From a virus: a stretch of DNA of 64,000 nucleotides. The stretch lies in the IMG/VR virus record IMGVR_UViG_3300025869_000011, positions 1 to 64,000 of that record; one strand, 5' to 3'. Below, in pieces: positions 8,668-18,651 of this stretch. The position numbers were made by a program, and so were the translations under genes. Position 1 is the stretch's first letter, and the number at the start of each line of letters is the position of its first letter. Below the pieces are notes generated by a model. The model was not told the origin of the DNA. It did no database searches and saw only the letters and a program-made list of their open reading frames with translations.

Positions 8668-8919
8668 ATGAAAGAAAAAATAATTTATTTAGCAGGTGCA
8701 CTGCTTTTCGGGGTAGCATCATGGCTAGTAGGAACTGTTTATAGCATATCAATAGATACTGCAATAATCAAAGATAAGATTGAAAAAGTTTATGAGGAGA
8801 ACTGCCCATATTGTATACATGCTGCGCATAGTTCAATCGGTGACCATCCACTATTATCTCCAACAATAAAACATGCACATCAGCATGTTGGTGATGAAAC
8901 CATTAAGGTAAACGATTAA
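8668..8919 (+). CDS. Small membrane-anchored Cys/His-rich protein
   Basis: N-terminal TM helix; CPYCIHAAH...HAHQH. Confidence 0.65.
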   Translation: MKEKIIYLAGALLFGVASWLVGTVYSISIDTAIIKDKIEKVYEENCPYCIHAAHSSIGDHPLLSPTIKHAHQHVGDETIKVND

Positions 8920-8938
8920 TCTTAATAAAAAAGAAAGA

Positions 8939-10714
8939 ATGACAGCAGATCAAATAGAAAAAGAATTAGGTTGGGAACGCGGTGTTGATTACCCAGAGTG
9001 GGGTCATACTGATGTTTACCTAAATACAATATCAAGAGGATATTGTTTACCTGGAGAAACTCCAAAGGACGCATATTGGAGAGTAGCAACAACTGTAGCT
9101 AATAGACTCAAGAAACCTGAAATGGCTGATAAGTTTATGAAGTACATTTGGAAAGGGTGGTTAAATCTAGCATCACCTGTATTAAGCAATACTGGAACAG
9201 AAAGAGGTTTACCTATAAGTTGTTTTGGTATAGATGTAGCAGATTCAATAAATGATATAGGACAAAAGAACCTTGAATTAATGTTATTAGCTAAACATGG
9301 TGGTGGTGTAGGAATATGCCATAATCAAATTAGACCTGCTGGTGCAGAGATAACCGACAATGGAACAAGTGATGGTGTAGTACCTTTTATTAAAATTAAT
9401 GATTCTACTATTCTTGCAACTAATCAAGGTGCTGTAAGAAGAGGTGCTGCGAGTACTAACCTAAGTATTGATCATAGTGATTTTTGGGAATGGTTAGAAA
9501 TTAGAGAACCTAAAGGTGATATTAATAGACAATGTTTAAATACAAACCAGTGTGTTATTATTTCTGATAAGTTTATGAGAAATGTTTTAGAAGGCGATGC
9601 TGAATCTAGAAAAAGATATGGAGCAGTACAGAGAAAGCGTAGACAAACCGGTCAACCATATATTATGTATAGAGGAAATGTTAATAAACAAAACCCTGAA
9701 GCATATAAGAAAAACGGCCTAAAGGTTTTTATGACTAACATTTGTTCTGAAATTGTTTTACATACAGATGAAAATCATTCTTTTGTTTGTTGTTTAAGTT
9801 CTCTTAATCTTTCTAAGTATGATGAATGGAAAAATACTAATCTGATTTATGATTCAACATGGTTCTTAGATGGTGTACTTGAAGAATTTTTACAAAAAGC
9901 AAAATATAGAAAAGGGTTTGAAAATTCTGTAAGATCTGCTGAAAAGGGTAGGGCATTAGGTTTAGGTGTATTAGGATGGCATACTTATTTACAGCAAAGA
10001 GGTATTGCATTTGAAGGGCTAGAGGCTCAATATGAAACTCGTAATATATTTTCTCAAATTAAAATAGAAAGTGAAAAGGCAAGCCGAGATCTTGCTGAGG
10101 AATACGGAGAACCTTTATGGTGTAGAGATACCGGTTTTAGAAATACTCATTTAAGAGCAGTTGCACCAACAGTTTCTAATTCAAAATTAGCCGGTGGAAT
10201 ATCTGCAGGTATTGAACCAGTGCCAGCAAATATATGGACCGATCAATCAGCAAAGGGAACCTTTATTAGAAAGAATAAACAATTAGAAGGGTATCTTGAT
10301 AAAATTGGACATGATAATAAAAAGGTATGGGACAAAATTATGGCTGACGGTGGATCTGTGCAAGGTTTAAAATTCTTAGATGATTGGTGTTTCTTAAAAG
10401 GAATATTAATGAAATGTAAAGATGTTCCTCAATACCAAGAAGGCGTTCCGTTCAAGGATGTGTTTAAAACATTTAAAGAAATCAATCAATTAGAATTAGT
10501 AAAACAAGCAGGTGTTAGACAACAATATGTAGACCAGGCAGTATCTTTAAATCTTGCTTTTCCTAAAGAAGCTACTCCAAAATGGATTAACCAGGTTCAC
10601 TTAGAAGCATGGAAGCAAGGAATTAAAACTTTATACTATATGAGAACTGAATCTGTATTAAGAGGTGATATTGCACAAAAGGCAATGGAAGACTGTGTTA
10701 GTTGTGACGGTTAA
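8939..10714 (+). CDS. nrdA: Ribonucleotide reductase class I alpha subunit (no ATP cone)
   Basis: PISCF, TNICSEI, APTVSNS, KTLYY, C-terminal CVSCDG. Confidence 0.96.
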   Translation: MTADQIEKELGWERGVDYPEWGHTDVYLNTISRGYCLPGETPKDAYWRVATTVANRLKKPEMADKFMKYIWKGWLNLASPVLSNTGTERGLPISCFGIDVADSINDIGQKNLELMLLAKHGGGVGICHNQIRPAGAEITDNGTSDGVVPFIKINDSTILATNQGAVRRGAASTNLSIDHSDFWEWLEIREPKGDINRQCLNTNQCVIISDKFMRNVLEGDAESRKRYGAVQRKRRQTGQPYIMYRGNVNKQNPEAYKKNGLKVFMTNICSEIVLHTDENHSFVCCLSSLNLSKYDEWKNTNLIYDSTWFLDGVLEEFLQKAKYRKGFENSVRSAEKGRALGLGVLGWHTYLQQRGIAFEGLEAQYETRNIFSQIKIESEKASRDLAEEYGEPLWCRDTGFRNTHLRAVAPTVSNSKLAGGISAGIEPVPANIWTDQSAKGTFIRKNKQLEGYLDKIGHDNKKVWDKIMADGGSVQGLKFLDDWCFLKGILMKCKDVPQYQEGVPFKDVFKTFKEINQLELVKQAGVRQQYVDQAVSLNLAFPKEATPKWINQVHLEAWKQGIKTLYYMRTESVLRGDIAQKAMEDCVSCDG

Positions 10715-10723
10715 AAATAAATT

Positions 10724-11470
10724 ATGAAAAATTATACTTATATACTTGGCCCTTGTAGTATTGAAAATGAGGATAACTTTTTAGAAGTAGCTAAAACATT
10801 ATATGCTTGTATGGGAGATAAGAACTGGTACTTAAAAGGATCTTTTGATAAAGCAAATAGAACTTCCATACATTCTGATAGAGGCCCTGGGTTAGAGGAA
10901 GGAATGGAGATTATGAGAACGGTTAAACACTATTATCCTGATATTAAAATCATAACTGACATTCATGAACCTGACCAAGCATTACCTTTATCTGAAGTAG
11001 TTGATGTTATTCAAATACCGGCATTCTTATGTCGGCAAACTGATCTTTTAGTTGAATGTGCAAAAAACTTTAATGTCATTAACATTAAGAAAGGTCAATG
11101 GTTATCTGCTGATGCAATGAAACATGCAGTTACCAAAATAAAAGAAGTAGATCCAAAGTGTGAAGTATGGGTAACCGAGCGAGGATCTAATTTTGGATAT
11201 GATAGACTTATTGTAGATTTTAGAGGAGTTGATGTAATGAAAGAATTTGCAGATAAAGTTATTTTAGATTGTACCCACTCAACACAAATGGCAGGTGAAG
11301 GTATAACTGGCGGTAGTCGTAAATTAGCAAAACAATATGCTAAAGCAGCTAAGATTTTTGAATATGATGGTTCATTTATTGAAACTCACCCAGATCCAGA
11401 TAATGCTATTTCAGATTCCGAAAGTCAAGTAGAATTAGACTGGTTAGTTACTCAAATAAATAATATATGA
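10724..11470 (+). CDS. kdsA: KDO-8-phosphate synthase
   Basis: GPCSIE, SFDKANRTS, QIPAFLCRQTDLL, NIKKGQ, DCTHS, ETHPDP...SD. Confidence 0.93.
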   Translation: MKNYTYILGPCSIENEDNFLEVAKTLYACMGDKNWYLKGSFDKANRTSIHSDRGPGLEEGMEIMRTVKHYYPDIKIITDIHEPDQALPLSEVVDVIQIPAFLCRQTDLLVECAKNFNVINIKKGQWLSADAMKHAVTKIKEVDPKCEVWVTERGSNFGYDRLIVDFRGVDVMKEFADKVILDCTHSTQMAGEGITGGSRKLAKQYAKAAKIFEYDGSFIETHPDPDNAISDSESQVELDWLVTQINNI

Positions 11471-12528
11471 GTCTAGACTACAATAAATTACTTAATCGTA
11501 AACCTATAATAACCGATCTTAAATTAATTAAAGATTTTATTAAAGGCAAAAGAATACTTGTTACAGGTGGTGCAGGTTCAATAGGTAGTGAAATAGTAAG
11601 ACAGCTTGTTAAGTTTAATGCATCTACTGTAACTGTATTTGATAATGCAGAAGCATCTATGTTTCATTTAGAACAAGAGATAAGTAGATCAAATCCAAAT
11701 TCTCATATTAAATATGTAATAGGTGATGTTAGAGATAAGTATAGGTTAGAAGAAGTTTTTGATTCATTTAAACCTAATATAGTTTTTCATGCAGCTGCAT
11801 ATAAACATGTACCTATGATGGAGGCAAATCCTGTTGAGGCAATCAAAACAAATGTATTAGGTACAATGAACGTCTCAAATATTTCATATATGAATGAAGT
11901 AGATAAATTTATAATGGTATCTACTGACAAGGCAGTTAACCCAACAAATGTTATGGGTGCAACTAAAAGAATAGCAGAATTATATACTCAATTCTTAGAA
12001 ACAAAATCAGCAACTAACTTTATTGTTACAAGATTTGGTAATGTACTAGGATCTGAAGGTTCAGTAATTCCAACATTTGTAAAGCAAATTAAAAGAGGCG
12101 GTCCGGTAAGTGTTACACACACGGAAGTTATAAGATACTTTATGACTATACCTGAGGCATGCCAATTAGTATTACAAGCAAGTGTACTAGGAGATGGTGG
12201 TGAAGTGTTTTTATTTGATATGGGTGAACCTGTAAGCATTACTGATTTAGCAAAAAATTTAATTAAGCATTTTAATAGTAATGCTGAAATAGAGTATATA
12301 GGCTTAAGACCAGGTGAAAAATTATATGAAGAATTATTATGTAATGGTGAGAATATGATTCCTACTGAGGATCATAACATTATGAAATTAAACCACGAAG
12401 AATATGATTTTAAAACGTTAATACCTAAAATAGAAAAGTTATCTAAAATAAGATCAAATGATTTTTACAAGATACTTTTATTAATGAAAAGTATTGTTCC
12501 AGAATTTAAAAGAGAAAGTAATGATTAA
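11467..12528 (+). CDS. pglF: UDP-GlcNAc 4,6-dehydratase (PglF/CapD catalytic domain)
   Basis: TGGAGSIGSE, HAAAYKHVP, STDKAVNPTNVMGATK, RFGNVLGS, GLRPGEKLYEEL. Confidence 0.9.
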   Translation: MSLDYNKLLNRKPIITDLKLIKDFIKGKRILVTGGAGSIGSEIVRQLVKFNASTVTVFDNAEASMFHLEQEISRSNPNSHIKYVIGDVRDKYRLEEVFDSFKPNIVFHAAAYKHVPMMEANPVEAIKTNVLGTMNVSNISYMNEVDKFIMVSTDKAVNPTNVMGATKRIAELYTQFLETKSATNFIVTRFGNVLGSEGSVIPTFVKQIKRGGPVSVTHTEVIRYFMTIPEACQLVLQASVLGDGGEVFLFDMGEPVSITDLAKNLIKHFNSNAEIEYIGLRPGEKLYEELLCNGENMIPTEDHNIMKLNHEEYDFKTLIPKIEKLSKIRSNDFYKILLLMKSIVPEFKRESND

Positions 12529-13063
12529 TATTTACGGAAAAGGTGGTCACGCAAAAGTAGTTAATTCTGTTTTAGGTAGTAGTCAAGTAAATTTTTATAA
12601 TGATGAGGATTTTGATTTACAACAAGGCCCGTGGGTCATAGCAATAGGTAATAATAAATCCAGAAAAAGAATAGCTGAAGAAGTGCTAGGTGAAATAGAA
12701 TATGTAACAGTTATATCTGATTCTGCAATTATATGCAATTATGATATTGGTGAAGGTAGCCAAATATTACAAGGAGCAGTAATACAAATAAACGCTAAAA
12801 TAGGTAGGCATTGTATAGTTAATACAGCAGCATCTATTGACCATGATTGTATATTAGAAGATTTTACTTTTATTGGCCCTAATGCAACATTATGTGGTGG
12901 TGTAGAAATTGGCGAAGGTAGTTATATTGGAGCAGGGTCGGTAATCTTACCTTATATAAAAATTGGAAAAAATTGTATGATAGGTGCAGGGTCAGTAGTG
13001 ACTAAAAACATTCCTGATAATTCAACTGCATACGGAAATCCTGCTAGAAGAAAAATAATATGA
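12521..13063 (+). CDS. pglD: PglD/NeuD-like sugar acetyltransferase
   Basis: GKGGHAKVV, AIGNN..R, hexapeptide repeats, IDHDC, YGNPAR. Confidence 0.88.
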   Translation: MINIYGKGGHAKVVNSVLGSSQVNFYNDEDFDLQQGPWVIAIGNNKSRKRIAEEVLGEIEYVTVISDSAIICNYDIGEGSQILQGAVIQINAKIGRHCIVNTAASIDHDCILEDFTFIGPNATLCGGVEIGEGSYIGAGSVILPYIKIGKNCMIGAGSVVTKNIPDNSTAYGNPARRKII

Positions 13064-14175
13064 AAAAAATTTACTTATCACCGCCTCATATGTCAGGCAA
13101 AGAATTAGATTACATTAAAAAAGCTTTTGATGATAATTGGATTGCTCCGATTGGACCTCAGCTTAATATGTTTGAAGAAAAGGTTAAAGAATACACTGGA
13201 GCAAAACATGCAGTAGCAGTTTCATCAGGTACTGCTGGTATTCATTTAGCATTAAAGGCATTAAATGTAAGTGAGGGTGATTATGTTATCTGTTCTTCTC
13301 TTACTTTTATAGGAACAGTTAACCCTATTATTTATTGTGGAGCAGAGCCTATTTTTGTAGATTCAGAAGAAACTACTTGGAATTTAGATCCAGTTTTATT
13401 AGAAACTGCAATACTTAATTCAACGGCTTTAGGTAAAAAACCTAAGGCTATAATACCAGTTCATATTTTTGGGGTACCTTGTGATATGGATGCAATTAAA
13501 AAATTATCAGATGAATATGACATACCTATTATTGAAGACGCAGCAGAAAGTATTGGTTCTAAATTTAATAATAAACATACTGGAACCTTTGGCTCTATTG
13601 GCATTTATTCTTTTAACGGAAATAAACTCTTATCTACCTCTGGTGGTGGAGTAATCATAACAGATGATAAGAAGAAGGCTGAAAGAATGAAGTTCTTATC
13701 TACTCAAGCAAAAGATACTATGCCGTTTTATCACCACACAGAAATAGGTTATAATTATAGAATGAGTAACATTTTAGCCGCTATTGGGATTGGTCAAATG
13801 GAAGTTATCGAAGAAAGAATTAATAGAACTAGAGAAATTAATAAAGTTTATAGAAAAGAATTAAGTAAGTATTTTTATTCATTTCAGAACGAAAGAAACA
13901 CAGATAGATCAAACATGTGGTTAACTTGTGCTTTATTAAAAGGAGAAGACAGACCAGAAGATCTTATATCACATTTAGAAAAAGATAATATTGAAGCAAG
14001 AAGATTATGGAAGCCAATGCATGAACAGCCAGTTCTAAAAGGATATAGAAAATATATAAATGGAAATAGCTCTTTATTATTTTTACAAGGTATATGTTTA
14101 CCATCCGGTTCTAGTATGACTGACTCGGATTTAAAAAGAGTAATAAAGTCAGTAAAAACATTTTTTAATAAATGA
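13060..14175 (+). CDS. pglE: DegT/DnrJ family sugar aminotransferase (PglE/EpsN-like)
   Basis: LSPPHM, SSGTAGIHLAL, EDAAES, SFNGNK, GYNYRMSN. Confidence 0.92.
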   Translation: MKKIYLSPPHMSGKELDYIKKAFDDNWIAPIGPQLNMFEEKVKEYTGAKHAVAVSSGTAGIHLALKALNVSEGDYVICSSLTFIGTVNPIIYCGAEPIFVDSEETTWNLDPVLLETAILNSTALGKKPKAIIPVHIFGVPCDMDAIKKLSDEYDIPIIEDAAESIGSKFNNKHTGTFGSIGIYSFNGNKLLSTSGGGVIITDDKKKAERMKFLSTQAKDTMPFYHHTEIGYNYRMSNILAAIGIGQMEVIEERINRTREINKVYRKELSKYFYSFQNERNTDRSNMWLTCALLKGEDRPEDLISHLEKDNIEARRLWKPMHEQPVLKGYRKYINGNSSLLFLQGICLPSGSSMTDSDLKRVIKSVKTFFNK

Positions 14176-15068
14176 TAAATTTTGAAGAGTATAGATTATT
14201 AGAATCTTATATAGGTTCTAAAAATTTTGAAATTTTGTTGGAGAAAAATCTTTCTAATAAAATTGATAACAAAATAAAATTCGGTATAGTAATGCCTACT
14301 CATAAAATATCTGATGGTGGTGCTCAGACAACTAGACAAAATCACATGACTACACCTAGTATATTAAAAGATTCTTTAACATCAATAAAAAATCAAAAGT
14401 ATGATAATTATACGGTTTACTTAGTAGGTGATAAATATGATGGTGATGAAGAGATAAAGGAAGTAATGAATAGTATTATCCCAAAGGGTAAATTAAAATA
14501 TCATAACCTGTCATCACCTGGTGAAAGAGATAAAGGTTTTACAAAGCAACAATTTAGATATACTGCAGGTTGCGGTGCAATGAATAAAGGTTTGCAAATG
14601 GCTAAGTCAGATGGGTGTGATTATATTGTTAGAATTGACCATGATGATAAGTGGACTCCTAATCACTTAGAGCTTTTAGCAAAAGCATACACACAATATC
14701 CTGAATTGGCATATGTATTCACAAGAAGCCGTAAAAAGATAGACGCAACAAATAGCTCTAAGAAATATATGTACCAACCTAGGGACGAAAGGCATACTAA
14801 TCTAATAGAACCAAATAATCTTGGTTATACTCATGGTGATGTTAGTCACTCTGCAGTTTCATGGAGACCTTCTATGTGTGGTGATTTAAGATATCGTGAT
14901 GCCGACGCGCAATGTAATACCGAACCTAAAATATCTAAAGAAAAAACTAACCCAGCTGATGTTGACATGTTTAACAGAATGATGAAGGTTATAAAAGATA
15001 AAGGTCATAAGTATATGTACGTACCAAAACTAACAAGTTTCTATAGAAACAGAAAAGGTAAATTCTAA
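14172..15068 (+). CDS. Glycosyltransferase family 2
   Basis: GIVMPT, SIKNQKY, N.GL, RIDHDDKW.PNHL (DxDD). Confidence 0.85.
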   Translation: MINFEEYRLLESYIGSKNFEILLEKNLSNKIDNKIKFGIVMPTHKISDGGAQTTRQNHMTTPSILKDSLTSIKNQKYDNYTVYLVGDKYDGDEEIKEVMNSIIPKGKLKYHNLSSPGERDKGFTKQQFRYTAGCGAMNKGLQMAKSDGCDYIVRIDHDDKWTPNHLELLAKAYTQYPELAYVFTRSRKKIDATNSSKKYMYQPRDERHTNLIEPNNLGYTHGDVSHSAVSWRPSMCGDLRYRDADAQCNTEPKISKEKTNPADVDMFNRMMKVIKDKGHKYMYVPKLTSFYRNRKGKF

Positions 15069-15102
15069 TGAATATATATAAAAACAATAAAAAATAACTA
15101 TT

Positions 15103-15279
15103 ATGGAAAAATTTGAAGAAATCAAGGCTCTTATCGAGTCAGTAAGTGAAGATGTAGATAAATTCTATGTAAAGGGAAATAAGGCAGCCGCCGTAAGAAT
15201 TAGAAAATCAATGCAAGAAGTTAAAAATCTAGCACAAGAACTAAGATTACACGTCCAAGAGACTAAGAACAATATGTAA
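15103..15279 (+). CDS. Hc1/histone-H1-like small DNA-binding protein (58 aa), absent from ORF track
   Basis: MEKFEEIKALIESVSEDVDKFYVKGNKAAAVRIRKSMQEVKNLAQELR matches the Hc1 family pattern (KF..KGNKAA..R.RK); own late-type promoter and terminator. Confidence 0.85.
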   Translation: MEKFEEIKALIESVSEDVDKFYVKGNKAAAVRIRKSMQEVKNLAQELRLHVQETKNNM

Positions 15280-15297
15280 TCATACATAATCTTTTTT

Positions 15298-15332
15298 AAA
15301 AAAGACTATCTTTAATTAGATGGTCTTTTTTG
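15298..15332 (+). terminator. Intrinsic terminator
   Basis: aaaaaagactatct-ttaatt-agatggtctttttt. Confidence 0.8.
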
Positions 15333-15357
15333 TTTGTATAATGCCCGGTTATACTTG

Positions 15358-15390
15358 AAACTTTTTTAAAAACTTCTATATAATAATAAA
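15358..15390 (+). promoter_or_regulatory. Middle-type promoter of the modification operon
   Basis: AAAC-N17-TATAATAATAAA. Confidence 0.65.
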
Positions 15391-15403
15391 TCAGTTAAAT
15401 TAT

Positions 15404-15955
15404 ATGGAACGTTGCTTAATATTAGATTTTGATGATACTTTAGTTTCAACTATAGATACTCATGCAAATTCATGGAAACTTGCTATAGAAAGAGTATTGA
15501 ATAGGGATATACCTATTGAAACAATAATGTCTGATATTAATTACGGAATGGATGTTCTTTTAAAGAAATATCAATTAACTGAAGCTGAGTCCCAATTAGC
15601 ACAAGATTACAAAAGAGAAATATTTTCAAAGAATCTTCATAAGACTAAAATAAATCAATTACTTTTGTGGATAATTAAAAATTCTCAATTTGAAAAAGTT
15701 ATTATAGCATCAAATTCATCTAGAGAAAATGTAGATAGAATTATGGCTTATCATAATATAAGTAATGAATTATTTGATATGATTGTAACGAGGGATGATG
15801 TTTTAAATAAAAAGCCACACTCAGATATGGCAGATTTAATTTTTAAAACATTTCCTAAATATAATCCAGCTGATTTTTTAATGGTTGGTGATTCAGAAGT
15901 AGATTCAACATTCGCACTTAAAAACAAAATGAAATGCATACTGGTAAAGTTTTAG
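15404..15955 (+). CDS. HAD-superfamily phosphatase
   Basis: DFDDTL, ASNS, KKPH, VGDSEVD. Confidence 0.9.
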   Translation: MERCLILDFDDTLVSTIDTHANSWKLAIERVLNRDIPIETIMSDINYGMDVLLKKYQLTEAESQLAQDYKREIFSKNLHKTKINQLLLWIIKNSQFEKVIIASNSSRENVDRIMAYHNISNELFDMIVTRDDVLNKKPHSDMADLIFKTFPKYNPADFLMVGDSEVDSTFALKNKMKCILVKF

Positions 15956-16680
15956 TAGGAAATAGTGGAGATAGGGTATATCTTCAAGATAACAAAGTTA
16001 TTAAAGAAGCTGGGGTTTATCCTATAAAGTTTAAGCAGCAAATGGATTGGTTAAAAAATTGTACCCATCCGAATTTTATAAAGATTAATCCTATATCAGA
16101 TACTTCATTTGAAATGAAAAAATACCCAACATGGTATGATAAAATCTGTGAACAGCCTTTAATTAAATCAATTGACCAATTAGATGATCTTATTCATATT
16201 GTAAATGATTTTGATGGTTACGGTACTGATGTAGATACAAGATCTTATTTAGATAAATTAGAAGGTAGAACAGGTTATACTTATGAAGGTGAATTAGATG
16301 CATCGTCAGGCTGGGGGTTTGTTCATGGTGATTTAACAGTAAGTAATATCTTATATGATAAGGATTTTATTTTTATTGATCCACGAGGTACTGAAGAGCA
16401 GAATTATTATGACTATGGAAAACTGATGCAATCTTTTGTAATGAAATATGAGGCCCATATATACAATGAAAGGAATTCTAAATATCTTAAGTTCTGTAGG
16501 GAAGCAGAAAACATAATGTATGAATGGTATGACGAATACCAATTAAAATTCTTTTTAGCAGTTCACTTATTAGGAGCTGTTCCATTTTTTGAATTAAATG
16601 AAAGATATGAATTGGCAGGTATGTTCCTTAAGAAAGGGCATGAATTATTCGATGAATTAGAAATTAAATATAGCAAATGA
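15934..16680 (+). CDS. APH/choline-kinase-like phosphotransferase
   Basis: HGDLTVSNIL...FIDPRG...YDYGKL. Confidence 0.85.
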   Translation: MHTGKVLVGNSGDRVYLQDNKVIKEAGVYPIKFKQQMDWLKNCTHPNFIKINPISDTSFEMKKYPTWYDKICEQPLIKSIDQLDDLIHIVNDFDGYGTDVDTRSYLDKLEGRTGYTYEGELDASSGWGFVHGDLTVSNILYDKDFIFIDPRGTEEQNYYDYGKLMQSFVMKYEAHIYNERNSKYLKFCREAENIMYEWYDEYQLKFFLAVHLLGAVPFFELNERYELAGMFLKKGHELFDELEIKYSK

Positions 16681-17384
16681 GTAGAGTAAGAAAAGCAATT
16701 ATCTTAGCAGCCGGGAGGTCTACTAGGTATGGATCAAATAAACTTATAGATCCAATTTTAGGAAAATCAACAATTCAGTACTGTATTGAATTTTGTATTG
16801 AGAATGGAATAGAGGATGCATATGTTACTATAAGTAAATCTGACTTCTTTTTTAAAAATAGAAATACAAAATTATCTCATCCTATTATTGAAAGTTTATC
16901 AAAGTATAAAGAAAAGATAAACATTTGTTATGAATTTCAGAAGGATGATGAATATGGACCAGGCGCTGCAATTAAGGCATGGGAAGGTAAATTTTATGAA
17001 CCTTTCTTATGTCTCTTTGGTGACAATTATTATCAAGGTAATATTGGTTTAGAATACCATGATCCTAATAACACTGTTGTTACTTATAAGGATTATGAAA
17101 CTAGAGCAAGAAATTTACAACTTGCTACTATCCTAGAAGATGTGGTTATTGAAAAACCGCATGGTGTAGTAAGCGGTAGATATTTTTGCGGATATATGAT
17201 ATTTGGTAAAGAGGCATTTGATAACTTAAGTAGTATTAAATTATCAAACAGAAATGAATATGAAATTACTCATCTTATAAACTCGATGGATAATTTAAAA
17301 TTTGAAGAATTAAATATATGTTGGTATGATTTAACATACGAACAAGATAAACAAGTAATAGAAGATATTATTCAAAATTGTTAA
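16677..17384 (+). CDS. Sugar-1-phosphate nucleotidyltransferase (RmlA-like)
   Basis: AIILAAGRSTRY, FGDN, EKP, S.RNEYEIT. Confidence 0.9.
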   Translation: MSRVRKAIILAAGRSTRYGSNKLIDPILGKSTIQYCIEFCIENGIEDAYVTISKSDFFFKNRNTKLSHPIIESLSKYKEKINICYEFQKDDEYGPGAAIKAWEGKFYEPFLCLFGDNYYQGNIGLEYHDPNNTVVTYKDYETRARNLQLATILEDVVIEKPHGVVSGRYFCGYMIFGKEAFDNLSSIKLSNRNEYEITHLINSMDNLKFEELNICWYDLTYEQDKQVIEDIIQNC

Positions 17385-17385
17385 T

Positions 17386-18651
17386 ATGAAAGAGAATGTA
17401 AAAAAGATTGGTTTTTTTAAATTAGGTAAAGCCATAAAGTTTAATGAAAACAGTTGGAGCGCAATCGGTGGTGATTGTGAACCTAAGCAATTAATTTGTT
17501 CAATTGCAAACAGAAATCCTAATATCGAATATTGGCTATTAAGCCCAAATGATTTAGGTAAGTTTAGAGCAAAACAAAAACCTAAAGTAAATTCTTTATT
17601 CGGCCCACCGCAAACAGATGAACCTATAGTTCCTAATAATATTAAAGAATTTCATTCTACTATGAAAGAGAGAAAGTCTACTGATGAAACTGTTGAAATT
17701 ATTCAAGGTTTAGATTTAGATTTTATTTTCTTTTATACTGGTCCAACAAGTACTGTTAATATTCCAGAGTATATCAACAAGAAGGATGGTACTGGTCAAG
17801 TTAAATCGTTGGATTTCTTTAAGTATTATGCAGCTCCAATTATTAAAGCGATGAATGAATTGGAAAAGAAAGTTCCTATTGTAGGTTTACTTGTTGATAA
17901 CCGATATGTTCTTGCGTGTAAGGATTGGAGTATAAATAATAGACCAACCTATTACTTAGCACAAAATACATTTACTAAAGAAGAACAATATTTCTGTAAT
18001 CCACCACTGAGAGATGTTAAAACAATTACATCTACATATGAATATTCAGGTATTGAAACAGTATTTCTTTTAGATAAGAAAAGATATGATACTGATGAAT
18101 TATTTAAAATGAAAAAGACCAATTCATTTATGATGCTACAGAATCAAGGTAAAGGTTCAGGTGGAATGGATCGTTGGGATCCAGTAAAAGAATACATTGT
18201 TGATCAAGAAATAGAAACTGATATCTATGGTAAATGGGATGATGAGATTAAAGAAAAGTATCCTAAATGGTTTAAAGGAGAAACTAGAATCGAAACAATG
18301 ACCGATGAATTACTCGGTACTAAATATACATTCTGTGTACCTATTAAAGAAGGTATGGTAACCTCTAAGTATGCTGAAATGCTACACTATGGTATTATAC
18401 CTTTCTTACACCCATCTTACGATACTGACTTTAATGTATTCCCTGAAGGTCATTTTATTAGATGTAAATCAGCAGAAGATTTAAAAAAGAAAATTGAATT
18501 CTTAAATGCAAACCCGGAGCATTATAAGAAATTATTTTATAACCTACAAGAAAAGTATCTTAAGGATTCTTATTATACTGGAGAGCATGTAGATAACAAG
18601 ATCTGGGAATCTTATGAAAGAGTAACTAAAACTGAAACCGTAAATGTATAA
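17386..18651 (+). CDS. GT-B glycosyltransferase, distantly T4 beta-glucosyltransferase-like
   Basis: N-terminal KLG...GGD.E; DIYGKW; C-terminal VTSKYAEML..GIIPFL...YD. Confidence 0.6.
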   Translation: MKENVKKIGFFKLGKAIKFNENSWSAIGGDCEPKQLICSIANRNPNIEYWLLSPNDLGKFRAKQKPKVNSLFGPPQTDEPIVPNNIKEFHSTMKERKSTDETVEIIQGLDLDFIFFYTGPTSTVNIPEYINKKDGTGQVKSLDFFKYYAAPIIKAMNELEKKVPIVGLLVDNRYVLACKDWSINNRPTYYLAQNTFTKEEQYFCNPPLRDVKTITSTYEYSGIETVFLLDKKRYDTDELFKMKKTNSFMMLQNQGKGSGGMDRWDPVKEYIVDQEIETDIYGKWDDEIKEKYPKWFKGETRIETMTDELLGTKYTFCVPIKEGMVTSKYAEMLHYGIIPFLHPSYDTDFNVFPEGHFIRCKSAEDLKKKIEFLNANPEHYKKLFYNLQEKYLKDSYYTGEHVDNKIWESYERVTKTETVNV

